From: Takakia lepidozioides
Taxonomy: Eukaryota > Plantae > Bryophyta
NCBI GenBank assembly: GCA_030704615.1
Contig: CM060731.1
Location: 2,232,001-2,296,000, forward strand
Direction of reading: 5' to 3'
Length of the DNA stretch: 64,000 nucleotides
Shown here: positions 1 through 10,343 of the stretch, in pieces
Position numbering within the stretch: position 1 is the first letter of the stretch
How the letters are laid out: each line of letters begins with the position of its first letter
Position numbers and translations under genes: made by a program
Notes under the pieces: generated by a model
What the model was told of the DNA's origin: nothing
Databases searched by the model: none
Seen by the model: only the letters and a program-made list of their open reading frames with translations

Positions 1-1189
1 GGGACTCTCACCAGCAAAAGGGTGCTCGTTCGCAGAGGTTTGCTGATCCTAAGCAGTAAACCATGAGGGCACGGCTTTTTGAGATGGGGAGGAATAATAT
101 TAGAGGGCTGTCTGGGACTTAGACAGTTTTACAGGTTCTGTGGGGTACCCTTAATTTTGTGCAGACTTAAGGGTGGTAGACTCAAACCAACACAGGCCTT
201 AGGGGTGCAGACACAGGCCTTAGGGGTGGTAACAGGCTCACACAGTCAGCAGTCATAGGCTTACACAGCCTATCACAGTTAGCCACAGTCAGGTACAGTC
301 ACAGTCAGTCACAGCCCGACATAGCCCGACACAACACACAGTCGACACGGTCTGTCATAGTACTACACGTCACAGTCTGACACAGCCACAGTTAGACACA
401 GCCAGTCACAGCCTAACACAGTCACAGCCCGACACAGCCAATCACAGCCCAACACAGTCACAGCCCGACACAGCTTGGCACAACCCATCACAGCGTCACA
501 CAGGTCATAATTTAACACAGGGAGCGGTTATCACTGGCAGGGAATGAGTGTGCGGGAACGTCCACAGCAAGGGGAACGACAGTACTTACCACTGTCTTGG
601 CTGGCAGTTAGTTAGTTAGGCGGTTAGAACAGCTTGCAGAGACATTATGCAGAGTAACTACATGGAGTATCACTTCTTGGGGGACGGCGGACATCACTTC
701 TTGGGATCACTTCTGGAGCACTTATGGCATCAGGGAGAGAAGCACGATCTTGAGCATAGGAATGGAGAGCACAGTGGAGGAGGAGAGACGATCTGATGAT
801 GCTTGATACATGCAACCTATAGAGATGTATTGTAAGGCAGAATAGAGACACCATGGCTTTGGCCTGATACTTGATAGATATTAATATGATTCCTATTTCA
901 TATTCACACTGTGTAGAGAGACCTAAGTGAAGCTGTGGAATGAATGTTTAAGTAGATGGAACCTGGTAGATTGTAGAAGCAATCTGATACTTGATCATTG
1001 GCAGTAGGGTAACATATTAAACATGAATGCAAGAAGGAACCGATATTGGGAGGCACCCCCATGATACACTAGCTGTAGGTCATGACTGATTGTTCTGAGC
1101 AGGATGAGTACTTAGAGATATCCAACTCTTCTATCTTGGAGTTTCCACCTCGGATAGCAAAGGGATGGGTGAGTAAAAGCCGCTCAACA
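1..1189 (+). mobile_element. 3' end of a Ty3/gypsy LTR retrotransposon: internal tail, PPT (~81-94) and 3' LTR (98-1189)
   Basis: 1-97 aligns with 48430-48528 (aagggtgctcg...cagtaaacc.tgagg.cacggcttttt + purine tract). The LTR starts tattagagggctgtctgggac (TG changed to TA) and ends gagtaaaagccgctcaaCA. It is homologous to, but diverged from, the LTRs at 36504-37388 and 48529-49422. Confidence 0.9.
235..505 (+). repeat. CACAG-rich degenerate tandem repeats in LTR U3
   Basis: Many acacagcc/cacagtc units; shorter versions at about 36627-36740 and 48647-48780. Confidence 0.8.
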
Positions 1190-1712
1190 ATTATTTACGC
1201 AAGCTGTCCACTACATGCAGACACGTCAAGCGGATTTGCTTTCCAAGACTCCACAAAGATCCTACCAGCATGGTGACGACACCACCTGCCACCACTGCCT
1301 ACTTGCGGAGAACAGGATGCCTCCCAAATGGTTCCGTTGAACGATCTCTTACACTCTATGTGTTCTTTTTATTTGTTGAGTTCTTACAGGGATAATACGT
1401 ATAAGCCAAAGCCCCCGGCCGGTGGGGCACTCTCTTCATATTTCTGCAAAACATGAGCTGTATAACCCCACTGTCGTTCATCATTGTCCTACCCCAAGAG
1501 ATACGGACGGGGTTCGCAAGATCCCCCTTCACATAGGTCTCTTTTCAACCGGGATACACCAGATAGCGCCCCAATACAGCTGCTCCCCCTAGTCGTCATC
1601 ACCAGGGAACCCGGATCTGCAACAAGCACTGCCCTTAGTGTTTACAGTGCTATGAAGCTCAAAGCACCATGTAACCCGAAAGTCAACCCTAAACCATAAA
1701 CCCTGAACCTCT

Positions 1713-2038
1713 AATTACATGAAAAAAGTCCATAACTTTCTTGGTGGTCCTTTGTAATAGGCAAATATATATTTTCAACGAAGGGAGTTTCTTTAATTCA
1801 TTCATTTTCCTCCTATAGAACAATTTGAAAATTCACTGTTTTTTAGGGTACTTAAAAATACATGAAATTTACATAATTAAATATTAATCTATTAGATTTG
1901 TCATTTTAGTTTCTTTAAGAAAAGTGTCTCTTTATAGTGATTCCTTTTTTCCATTTTGGTATGTGCCATGAAAGAAAAAAGTCCATAACGATAACATTTG
2001 TGTACTATTGCATTTGGCCATGACTTTTTCAGGTAGTC
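1713..2038. mobile_element. Degenerate non-autonomous CACTA-like DNA transposon
   Basis: Left end aattacatgaaaaaagtc versus right-end reverse complement gactacctgaaaaagtc, both resembling CACTAC..GAAAA. Internal AAAAGTCCATAA repeats are also seen at about 50983-51045. Confidence 0.4.
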
Positions 2039-4053
2039 GGCTGCGTGTATACCCCGCCCGGATCATTCTTGGACCAGACACCAGTGGGCGTGTTGGCCCT
2101 GTCAACAAATGCTGCAGAGGTGTGATCTTGAAGGCCACACGACATATGTTTGCTCAAAGACCCGATTGGATTACATCTGCAACCACTACATGGAGATCCG
2201 CAGACTCTGTCAAACGCGGCGTTGCCCTGCGAGCGTACAACTTTTTGGGTGAAATTCCATGGCACTCACTTGCCACCAGTAATCCTGACTATATCTACAC
2301 CAAAGCACTCTCCCTCAGTCAGGTGCTCTTTCCTCATACTTGCGACAGATATGCTCAGATGCCTCAACCCCTTCTGCTCACTGGTCTTGTTCCAATACGC
2401 ATGTTCTGTGTTCTCCAACTCTCACCTACCACCCTCACGGCGGATCACTCCTCTCATCTTAGCCCTGAGACATTCCTGATATACTTTTTGACCTACCTTG
2501 CTTTACCATTAACACCTCTCCCCTTGTCTACCCCCAACATTGTTGCTTTTGACCTTCTCTCTTACATTAAGATACATACAGGTTGGCCACATTCCTTTAA
2601 CAGTACCATTTCTTGATTTACTTGATGGGTTTAGTACTACAGCTTCTAGGCTGGAACACAGGTTGCCGGCATGGTGGTTTATCTCTGAACCTGAGAACAT
2701 ATCAGCAAAATCAACACACGCTCGTCAGCTTGTCACCGGTTCACCACTACCTCAACTTCGCACTGCACCAGCGGTCCGCTGCAGACTCTCACAGCGTGGA
2801 TGCACACTCCATGCAAGCCACTTCAATAGTCTAGCTACTCCACTGACCGGAATGATTACTCCCACTCCTCCACGACCGTGCTTATCACCAACACTACTGG
2901 CTAGCCCCAAACTACCCAACAGTATTGCAGCGACAGGTCTCAACTACTGCAGTAAGCCACTCTCCTCCTGACTCTAGCAACGGCTACCCCTAATTTTTCC
3001 TTCTCCCATGAGCCCTATGTTGTACTGCCATCGTTCTTTGCTCACGCTAACAACTGGGACTGGTGGGCTATCTTGTATGTTGGCTGCAATAAGGCTACTT
3101 ATTTGTACTCCAGGTTCATCAAACGGATGCCGAAGCTGAAATATATATGTGGAGCATATGGCCAGCCACCAACCAACACCTACAACAAACAGCTAACTCC
3201 CACCAACTATACTGGCTTTACTCTAAAGGAAGCCTCATACCCCCCTGCTAATTGTGATGTCCCTGCTGCTTTCCATTACTCTTATCCGCTCTGGAGGTAT
3301 ACCACTGCCTTAAGCAAGCCAATGGTATGCCTCGCACTCCCCTCATCTGACTACCCTTTTTACTTAACCAAAACTACTCAGTTTAGCACAACCACAACGG
3401 TGGGGGGGGGGGGCTCCCATGTGAGCAGCTCACTTGAGCAGAATTCTGCTCACGGTCCTCGGATTCGAAGCCGACCGTGGGGCCTATAACCGCGGCCCAG
3501 AAACTCGCAGAAAACCTATTACCGCGGGGTTTAAAAAGCCAGAATATTGGGAATTTCTATTTGTATAGTTTCAAATAGCGAATAAGGTGTGCAAGTGGAT
3601 GAGTACTGAATGAATGTTGGATGAAAATAGATGGATGAATGAAGGATGGATGAATGAAAACAATGCCATCTGTACAACAATATTTATGTCAATGAAGGGT
3701 TGTTGGGTGGATGAAGGGTTATCAATGAAGGGTTGTTGAAGATTTCTCCCAGCAAGCAATTCCAAAGTTGGTTGGAATTTTTTGCCCGTCAATCATCAAT
3801 TGGGCCATGTTAGGAAGCACCTAGAATGAAGTTGTGTGCATTGACGGATGAGGATGAATCTGCATTGACCAGTGCTACCTATACCAGGATTATCCTTGAA
3901 TGTCTGTTGTTTACTTAAGGATTGACGTCCCGTTGTCACTGTGGACATATAAAGAAAGCGAAGAACTCAAAAATAATTTATGAGGATGAAACGAGTACAT
4001 TGTTTGTTCCATGCTTAGTCTAACTCTGAGCCATCATAACATGTCCACACATA

Positions 4054-7000
4054 TTATTCATCTAAGTCTAAGTACTTAAGAACTCCGGATCTGGGATGTT
4101 TACACCCGCGCCTAGACATACTGGGGTCAGGGTATGAAGCCTCGGACATTCGAACTGCCATTGCTTCCGCCTTTTCCGTCTGTGTGTTGGACGTTGAGCT
4201 GGACTGAAGGGGGAGACGAACACTGTTGAAAAGGTCCGAGTCCCCCTCCATGCCAAAAAGGCTTCTCCCCGCCTTGCAAGCATGGTACGTGCACTTGCCT
4301 CAAACACAAATCCATAAACATTTTGAGGGGATGCCAAATGCTTGATGACATCAGAGTCCTAAAATGAAAAGGCAAGGGCGAGAACAAACCTGCGGAGAGA
4401 GAGAAGTCCACTACCCATGCCGAATGGTGGCTGCATGACTCCATGAGAGTTTGCATAAACGTTGGGGTTCTCTCCCTTGCACCTCTCCAAGGAGTGCCGT
4501 CTGGCCTTTTCAGAGTCTGGCTCGACTCCATGTAGTTGTAGAGCATGTCATCGACATGCGGCTCATAAGGGGGGTTGATTGAAACACCCTTTGTCGAAAA
4601 TCACAAAGCTGCGGACGGAGGACGGAGTCTTGGAGTTGCGAACCCTCCTAAGGCAGATAGCCTCAAACATCCTAGTCTGAAAAAGGCAAGGGTCACTTGT
4701 CATTGAAAATGCTTTGAAGTAGGCAGAAGTGACACACAACCCACAACGCACAACTCCTACGAAACCAGCATGTCTTTGTGATGATCGTGGACGATCATCA
4801 CAAAGTCTCCAACAGCAAGGCGCTTTGAAGATGGAAAGGCTGTACAAAAAGACAGGAGACATATACAACCCGCCCTGCATACCCAACCAAAAGCCTGCAC
4901 GAAATTGCGATGATCGTCGACGATCATCGATCATCACGACACAATCCAAGACCCTTTCCCAAACACAAACACCGGAAAACGCACAGTTAGAAATCGTACC
5001 AGCTATCCGTACATTGCGTACTATGTCATCCTCCACAGGGTTGAAGTCATGATCAAGTAACTTACCGCGCTCATTGAAGCCAGCCGACTTTGTCTTCGAT
5101 TTCTGAAGGCAAAAAGCATAAAAGATGCGAGTCTGCAAACAAGCAGCAAATGTAAGTCGGCACCGATTTCCAACGTTCACAAGTGACTGTTGAGCACAAT
5201 TCGGCGCCGATTTATGGGAATGCCATAAGCGGTCCACATTACAATCCCGGAACAGCATAGACTGCAGCTACAAATGCCTGAAAAGAACATGAGAAGTTAC
5301 GGGAACGGTACCGTGGTTTGAGACTCTAGCCCAGTGTGAAGAGGAATGGAATTCATGCAAGTCCACTTTTTTTTCATATATGTGAATGGGCTCCCTTCGA
5401 AGCCTATTTTGCGCATCACCTCCATTTCTGTTTGAGGGTCCCCTTTGCAGAAATCAACAAGGCAACCCGCATCGTCGAGTAAATGCCTGGACAAGGCCAG
5501 AGCGTAGTTCAGAATCTGCTCCCGCTTCTCATTCCATGGAGGAATCCCAGCAAACTTCCAAGGAACAGGGAGAGGCGCAGGAGGCGGGCAAATGATGATT
5601 GTCACGGATGCATACGAGGCGCGGCCGTTGCAAGAGATGGTTCCTGCTACAGAGGTAATCTGCATGCCCTGTGATTTTTACAAGCTTGTTGTCCAGCGTC
5701 TGCAAACAAGAGGAGGGAATGCACCGTGGCCGAAAGAAGCTGAGACGGTCTCTGATTTTTTGAAAAAACACCCTAGTCCCTCGAGACAGTCCGTGCGGCG
5801 TTCCCTTGCAGTGGAGTCCAGTAAGACAGGAGCAGATCTTGTTCTGGTAGATATTCCAGATGGTCAAAAAGTTCCCCTTGTTTTGGCCGCGCCTCCCCCG
5901 TGTCAGTGCTCCTGGAGAAGTGTCGATCCCCGTACGCGCCACCTTCTTTTGCTTCTGTTTTCTGGTCCTCTTCTTCTGCTGCGCTGCAGCTGTCTGTAAA
6001 GTCTCTTCCGCATGCTCCAAATTCTGCGCTGCCGCATTTATCAACTCTCCTCGTCGACTCTCGGAGACAAGCGGAAGTGGAATGGCAACCAGTGTCCCAG
6101 TACGAATGTACTGCCCATGTATTCTGGACTCCTCTTTCGGAATAAAATTTGGTGGACAATCCAGCCACCAGTAGCATTGCTCGGTAAAAATTTGAGTATA
6201 CTCCACAAGCTGTTTGTCGTTGTACATGGAGCACTCTGACCTCAACCCCGCCCGTGCTATCATTATTGCAGGCATCTCGACGATATACCCATGTGGCTAC
6301 AAATCGAAATTACAGTACATGTTCCAAATGCCACCTTATTAGAGAACAAGTCCAAAGAAGACATTGCCACAGAAAATCGGCGCCGATTTCCCATGGAACA
6401 CAATTACAGAGAATTGCACTTGGTACAAAGGATATTTGGCACCGATTGCAGTTGGAAGGGAAAACAACAACCTCCTATATTTGGGGCATATTATATTGAA
6501 GACATCATGAAACTAAATGCAGGCAAAGGATAATCGGCGCGATTCCTCACGCCCAGCGAACTAAATCGCGAAAGCAAATGGGGAATCGGTGCCGAGTTCC
6601 CATGCAAGTCACTAAGTTATTACAATTACATTGGTAGGCTCGGGTGATGTGTAGTCGGCGCCGATTACCCTGCCAGTGCATCTGACCCCTCCATTGTTCT
6701 TTACCTCACTGTGCCAGAAAAAGTGACAGGAAAAAAGGGGAGAGAAATACCTGTACACGAGTCTCATGGCTGGCAACAGTTTGCCTGGCTGCTCCAGAAT
6801 AAGAACGCGACCATCAGCCGTCTTGCAGTAGAATAGCTCCTTCCAATACGTGTCGCGGAATTTGAAAACCCACAGCTGCACCGATTCTAGTTCTGGGGCC
6901 TCCTCTCGCGTAGGGCAGCCGCAGATGACCACCCTCAACCAAAATGGACAGCTGTCGCTCGGCCTCCTGCATTTGCTGCACCCACACAGAAACCCAATCA

Positions 7001-8316
7001 GTAACATTGCGGCCCATTTTTCCTTCAGAGGACATCACCCAAACCAACCTTACACCCCCAACAGACGAAAACAACTCTATTAATAAGCATTTTTACCTGC
7101 CACCGCCACGTGGCCTTATCCAGCCAGTCGCCAAGTGCCGTCTCCGGACATCTATTGGCCGTGGGAAATGTCAGTTTGGTCCGGGTCGCAAAGTAGGAGT
7201 TCCACAACTTCAACCAGGCATTCTTGCACTTCGGTGAAACACAGGACGATGCAACCATCTGTAACTTGTCAAGTGTCATCTCAAACAGGAATTCTGTATC
7301 CAGGGCAGGATCACAGATGGCGCTGTACATTCCTATCTTGCTGTGCATTTTTGTTCGATATGCAGCCAGGTTCTTCTGCAGCGCCTTGTCGATGAGCTTT
7401 TCGTTCTCTGGTATTTCGGGAAGATGAGCGTAAGCTGCCAATGTGGCGTTGGTCGTTTTTTGCAGGCCGTCTGCGCCTATGTACTCAACCAGTGCTTCAC
7501 GAGTGAGAGTCATCCAGCTGTCCCGCTTGTTCTTGCATTTCTCGAAGACTTCCGCAGAGAATACTCCCTCGTACTGTTCCAGAGGTGTCATTGCGCAAAT
7601 CTGGAAGTAGAAAAGTTTGTGGGAAAGGTCCGTTTTCACATTTCCCTCTGATGTTACGCTGATTAAAGATCACGTTCACAACACCACGGTCAGAAATATG
7701 GAAGGCCCCCGAGGTGAGGAAGCAGCTAATCGGCGCCAACTTATTCAACTTCAAAAGTCCTACAGTGAATGTGGCATTGACTATGGCAGTGAAAATACAG
7801 ATCGCAGACAAAAAATCGAAACAGTCAGGGAGCAGTACAGTAGTATTTCATTACAACGAAATAAAAACACACTGCATTCGCAAATCGGCGCCGAATTGTG
7901 TAAGCAGGCATATCAAAACTTCCAAATTCAAAGCAAGTTTCGCAATACAAACGTAATTCGGCGCCGATTAGTATTCTGGTTTTGGCAATCGAATTCCCCA
8001 TAGGACGCTCACATGAGCACAAATCTCGTCGGCTTTAATGGCCTTTACAATCCTTCGAATGCTCACATGAGCACACACAGTGGGAAACAAAATAAGTAAA
8101 AAATACTTACTGGTTCATGCGTCTCACTGCCGCACGGACAATAGGCAAGTCCTCGTTCCTCACATCCATGATCTTTGACACGAACGTGCCACTCGAAATC
8201 ATGGGGGTGTTGCTCATGGATAACCTCCATCCACGCCAGCCATCTATGGTTGCCATCGAATATGTACAACCATTTGTTTGACAGGAACTCCCATTCCGTT
8301 CCAGCAATTCGCTCTT
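4054..8316 (-). pseudogene. Intron-containing ParB/Srx-like domain + beta-class N4/N6 DNA methyltransferase-like fusion gene; probably transposon-borne, 5' end lost
   Basis: Approximate exons: 8316-8111 (WLYIFDGNHRWLAW), 7658-7097, ~6977-6751, ~6241-5312 (with inverted 5567-5870; ADLVLVDIPDG..IPPWNE..LLDDAGCLV), 5132-~5013 and/or ~4676-4390 (PWRGARERTPTFMQTLMESCSHHSAWVVDFSLSAG), ~4298-4054 (HACKAGRSLFGMEGD). Most have GT..AG borders. There are several frameshifts. Confidence 0.65.
5155..7969. repeat. Dispersed 14-bp palindrome AATCGGCGCCGATT (about 10 copies)
   Basis: Copies start at about 5155, 5199, 6375 (perfect 16-bp form 6374-6389), 6434, 6532, 6584, 6653, 7728, 7883 and 7956. Confidence 0.85.
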
Positions 8317-8318
8317 GA

Positions 8319-10343
8319 GAGAGAGAGAAGACTCCGGCCGGAGCCGGCGTAACTAAGAGCCACTTTGCCTTGCGGCTACTACCCCTGTCGAGGGTGGGCC
8401 CTATGATAAAACTGGTGCCCGATAGGGCACCAGTTAACCAGAGGTGGGTATGCACGGGTGGGTTAGTGGTGGCAGGGAGGGGTTTACCCCTCCCCTGGGG
8501 GGGTACCCCGGGGAGGGCCCCGGGTGCTTGGGGTAATGCAGTGGTCTAGTTTTTTTTTATTGGTGATAATGGCAGTGAGAGAGCGAAGAGCTGTGAGGTG
8601 AATAGCTTGGAAGCATTTGTGGATTGGGGAGATTGGGATGTGAAAAATTTTGTGCAGGTCTTTAATGCTGGCATTGTGGATGCCGCCTCTGGTGCCTGCT
8701 GTGATGACGGTGAGGGGACCAGTGCGTCATCCTTGGCGGCGGATAGCTAGGATGAGGGGGGCATTTTTTTGTCTTTTCTCTAAGATAACGTCTTGTGGAT
8801 AGCGGTCATGGCAGAATGTGAATTCGATGAAGTGTATAGTGAGTGATATGGTGGGTGTGATGGGGGGTGAGGCTTTTGTGGACAAGCCTTGCACCAATAG
8901 GATGTCTAGACATAGTCTGGCAAGGCAGGTGCATGTTTGAGAGGTACATATGCAGGGGAGTAGCCAGGGTGGGACCGTGTGATCAGGTGGTCGGCCTTGG
9001 TATGTGCTGGCATTGAGGAATGTGTACCATCTGGTTTCGGCACGACTAAGGAGTAATTTGTGGATGTGCCAAACTGCTTGGTTATGGCGGGTGATGTGTA
9101 GGCCGTGTATAATGGGGTGTGTGCATTGGCTAAGTAGGTGTGGCCAGGTGTCTCATTCCTGGTGGGTGTTGGAGCATACGGTGGATGTGGTGTGTGGGGG
9201 GTGTGTGGGGGCCTGTAGCCGTGCCTTGTTGGGTTTGCTATTACGAAAAAGGGGCGGGGTGTTATCCTATGTTGGGATGGTCTGTTTGTGAGGAAGTGTG
9301 ATGCCCGTTTTTAGTTTGTGTACTTGTATAAGTAGTTTGTGAAGATCATGGAAGAAAGGAGGGGAAATGTAGGCCGAGATGGGGTTTTGTATTAATAAGA
9401 TGAGAGTTAGGGATGGTTCCTTTTGCTGGAGGTATTTGGGGAGAGGGGGGGTATGTGTGTATTTAAGTTGATTTGGCTCAATGGTTGCTATTAGATGAGT
9501 GCCTGCGGGAAGACATAGGAGGGGATGGGAGTCATCAGGCGAGTTTTGTTGGGTGAGAATAAGTATGGTGAGGTTGGTAGGGGAAGCCTTAGCAGCCAGG
9601 GGCGCCCATTGGAGAGCTTTGTGTGTCGCAAGCCCTGGTGGGGGGTGGGCAAGGCCATTGCCGGACCATGTGTGTTGGGTAGCAGTACTAGTGGCTCCAA
9701 AAAGGTAGTCTCTATGGTGTGGGCTGGCATATGTGATTATTTCCATGGGGCAGGTAAGGGGGGCTGGAAAATATGAGTGTGTGAGTTGGAATGAGTTGAT
9801 GAGTAGTGTGAGGATGTCTTGGGGGGAAGGTACTCTGAGTGCATGCCTGTGCTAGCCGGTTTGGGGAGCGTGGCTGTTTTGGGGGGGTGTCTTTGAGATA
9901 TCTTTGAACTAGCCAGTCTATTTCGGTGGCAAAGTCCTGTTTGGGGGGTTGGAGAGATGGTATATGGCTTGGGGCATTGGAGTATTTCTCCCATAACCAT
10001 TTGAGACGGCTATTCGGGATTAAGCTTATGAATCTTCCGTATTTATCGTAGATATTAGAGAAGCGCGGGCCCATGTATATCATGGGGGAGTCGTGGTTAA
10101 TGTCATTGTCAGGGTTGCATTCCATGGTATGGATATGGAGGTTGGGGGCTTGGATTGGGTTTTGTACATATCTTTGATCTTTGGGTTGGGTGGGGGAGGT
10201 ATGTTGTTGATGAATGTGCGTGAGGAAGTTGGTGTTGGTAAGTTTGTGGAAGTTAGTCAGGAGGGTGAGGTTATGGGCGGGGTCACAGTCATCATGGGAG
10301 CCGAAAAGATCCAGGTGTTATCTTCGGAGGAGTACCCGGCCCT
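8319..10343 (-). mobile_element. 5'-truncated RLE-type (Dualen/RandI-like) non-LTR retrotransposon, copy 1, with RNase H region deleted
   Basis: Partial chromodomain AGYSSEDNTW at ~10340. PCIF1-like block YASPHHRDYLFGA..WSGNGLAHPPP. DTWPHLLSQC..RHNQAV and RLE motifs (LDILLV..FIEFTFCHD). 3' UTR and (TC)n tail are homologous to 57651-57810. Confidence 0.85.
8330..8435 (-). other. Conserved structured 3'-UTR RNA element of the LINE (copy 1)
   Basis: Four hairpins shared with 57656-57761; differences are mostly in loops or are C-G to U-G changes. Confidence 0.65.

Noticed and set aside
1082-1276. Conserved small gene MTDCSE..SKSR present three times (also 37281 and 49315)
   Set aside because: It is the 3' end of the LTR; the ORFs diverge exactly at the LTR boundary, so the repetition reflects LTR copies.
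1684-1710. Telomere or interstitial telomeric array
   Set aside because: Only 3-4 degenerate AAACCCT units; more likely part of a TE end.
4054-8316. Bacterial or phage contamination explaining the ParB-MTase
   Set aside because: The gene has spliceosomal GT-AG introns and is interrupted by a LINE family that also occurs elsewhere in this plant window.
8330-8435. Hammerhead or HDV ribozyme
   Set aside because: No CUGANGA/GAAA core and no nested double pseudoknot could be built by eye; kept only as a structured element.
8063-8455. Single 130-aa ORF
   Set aside because: Chimeric: the N-terminal part is LINE 3' UTR read through into the ParB-like exon.
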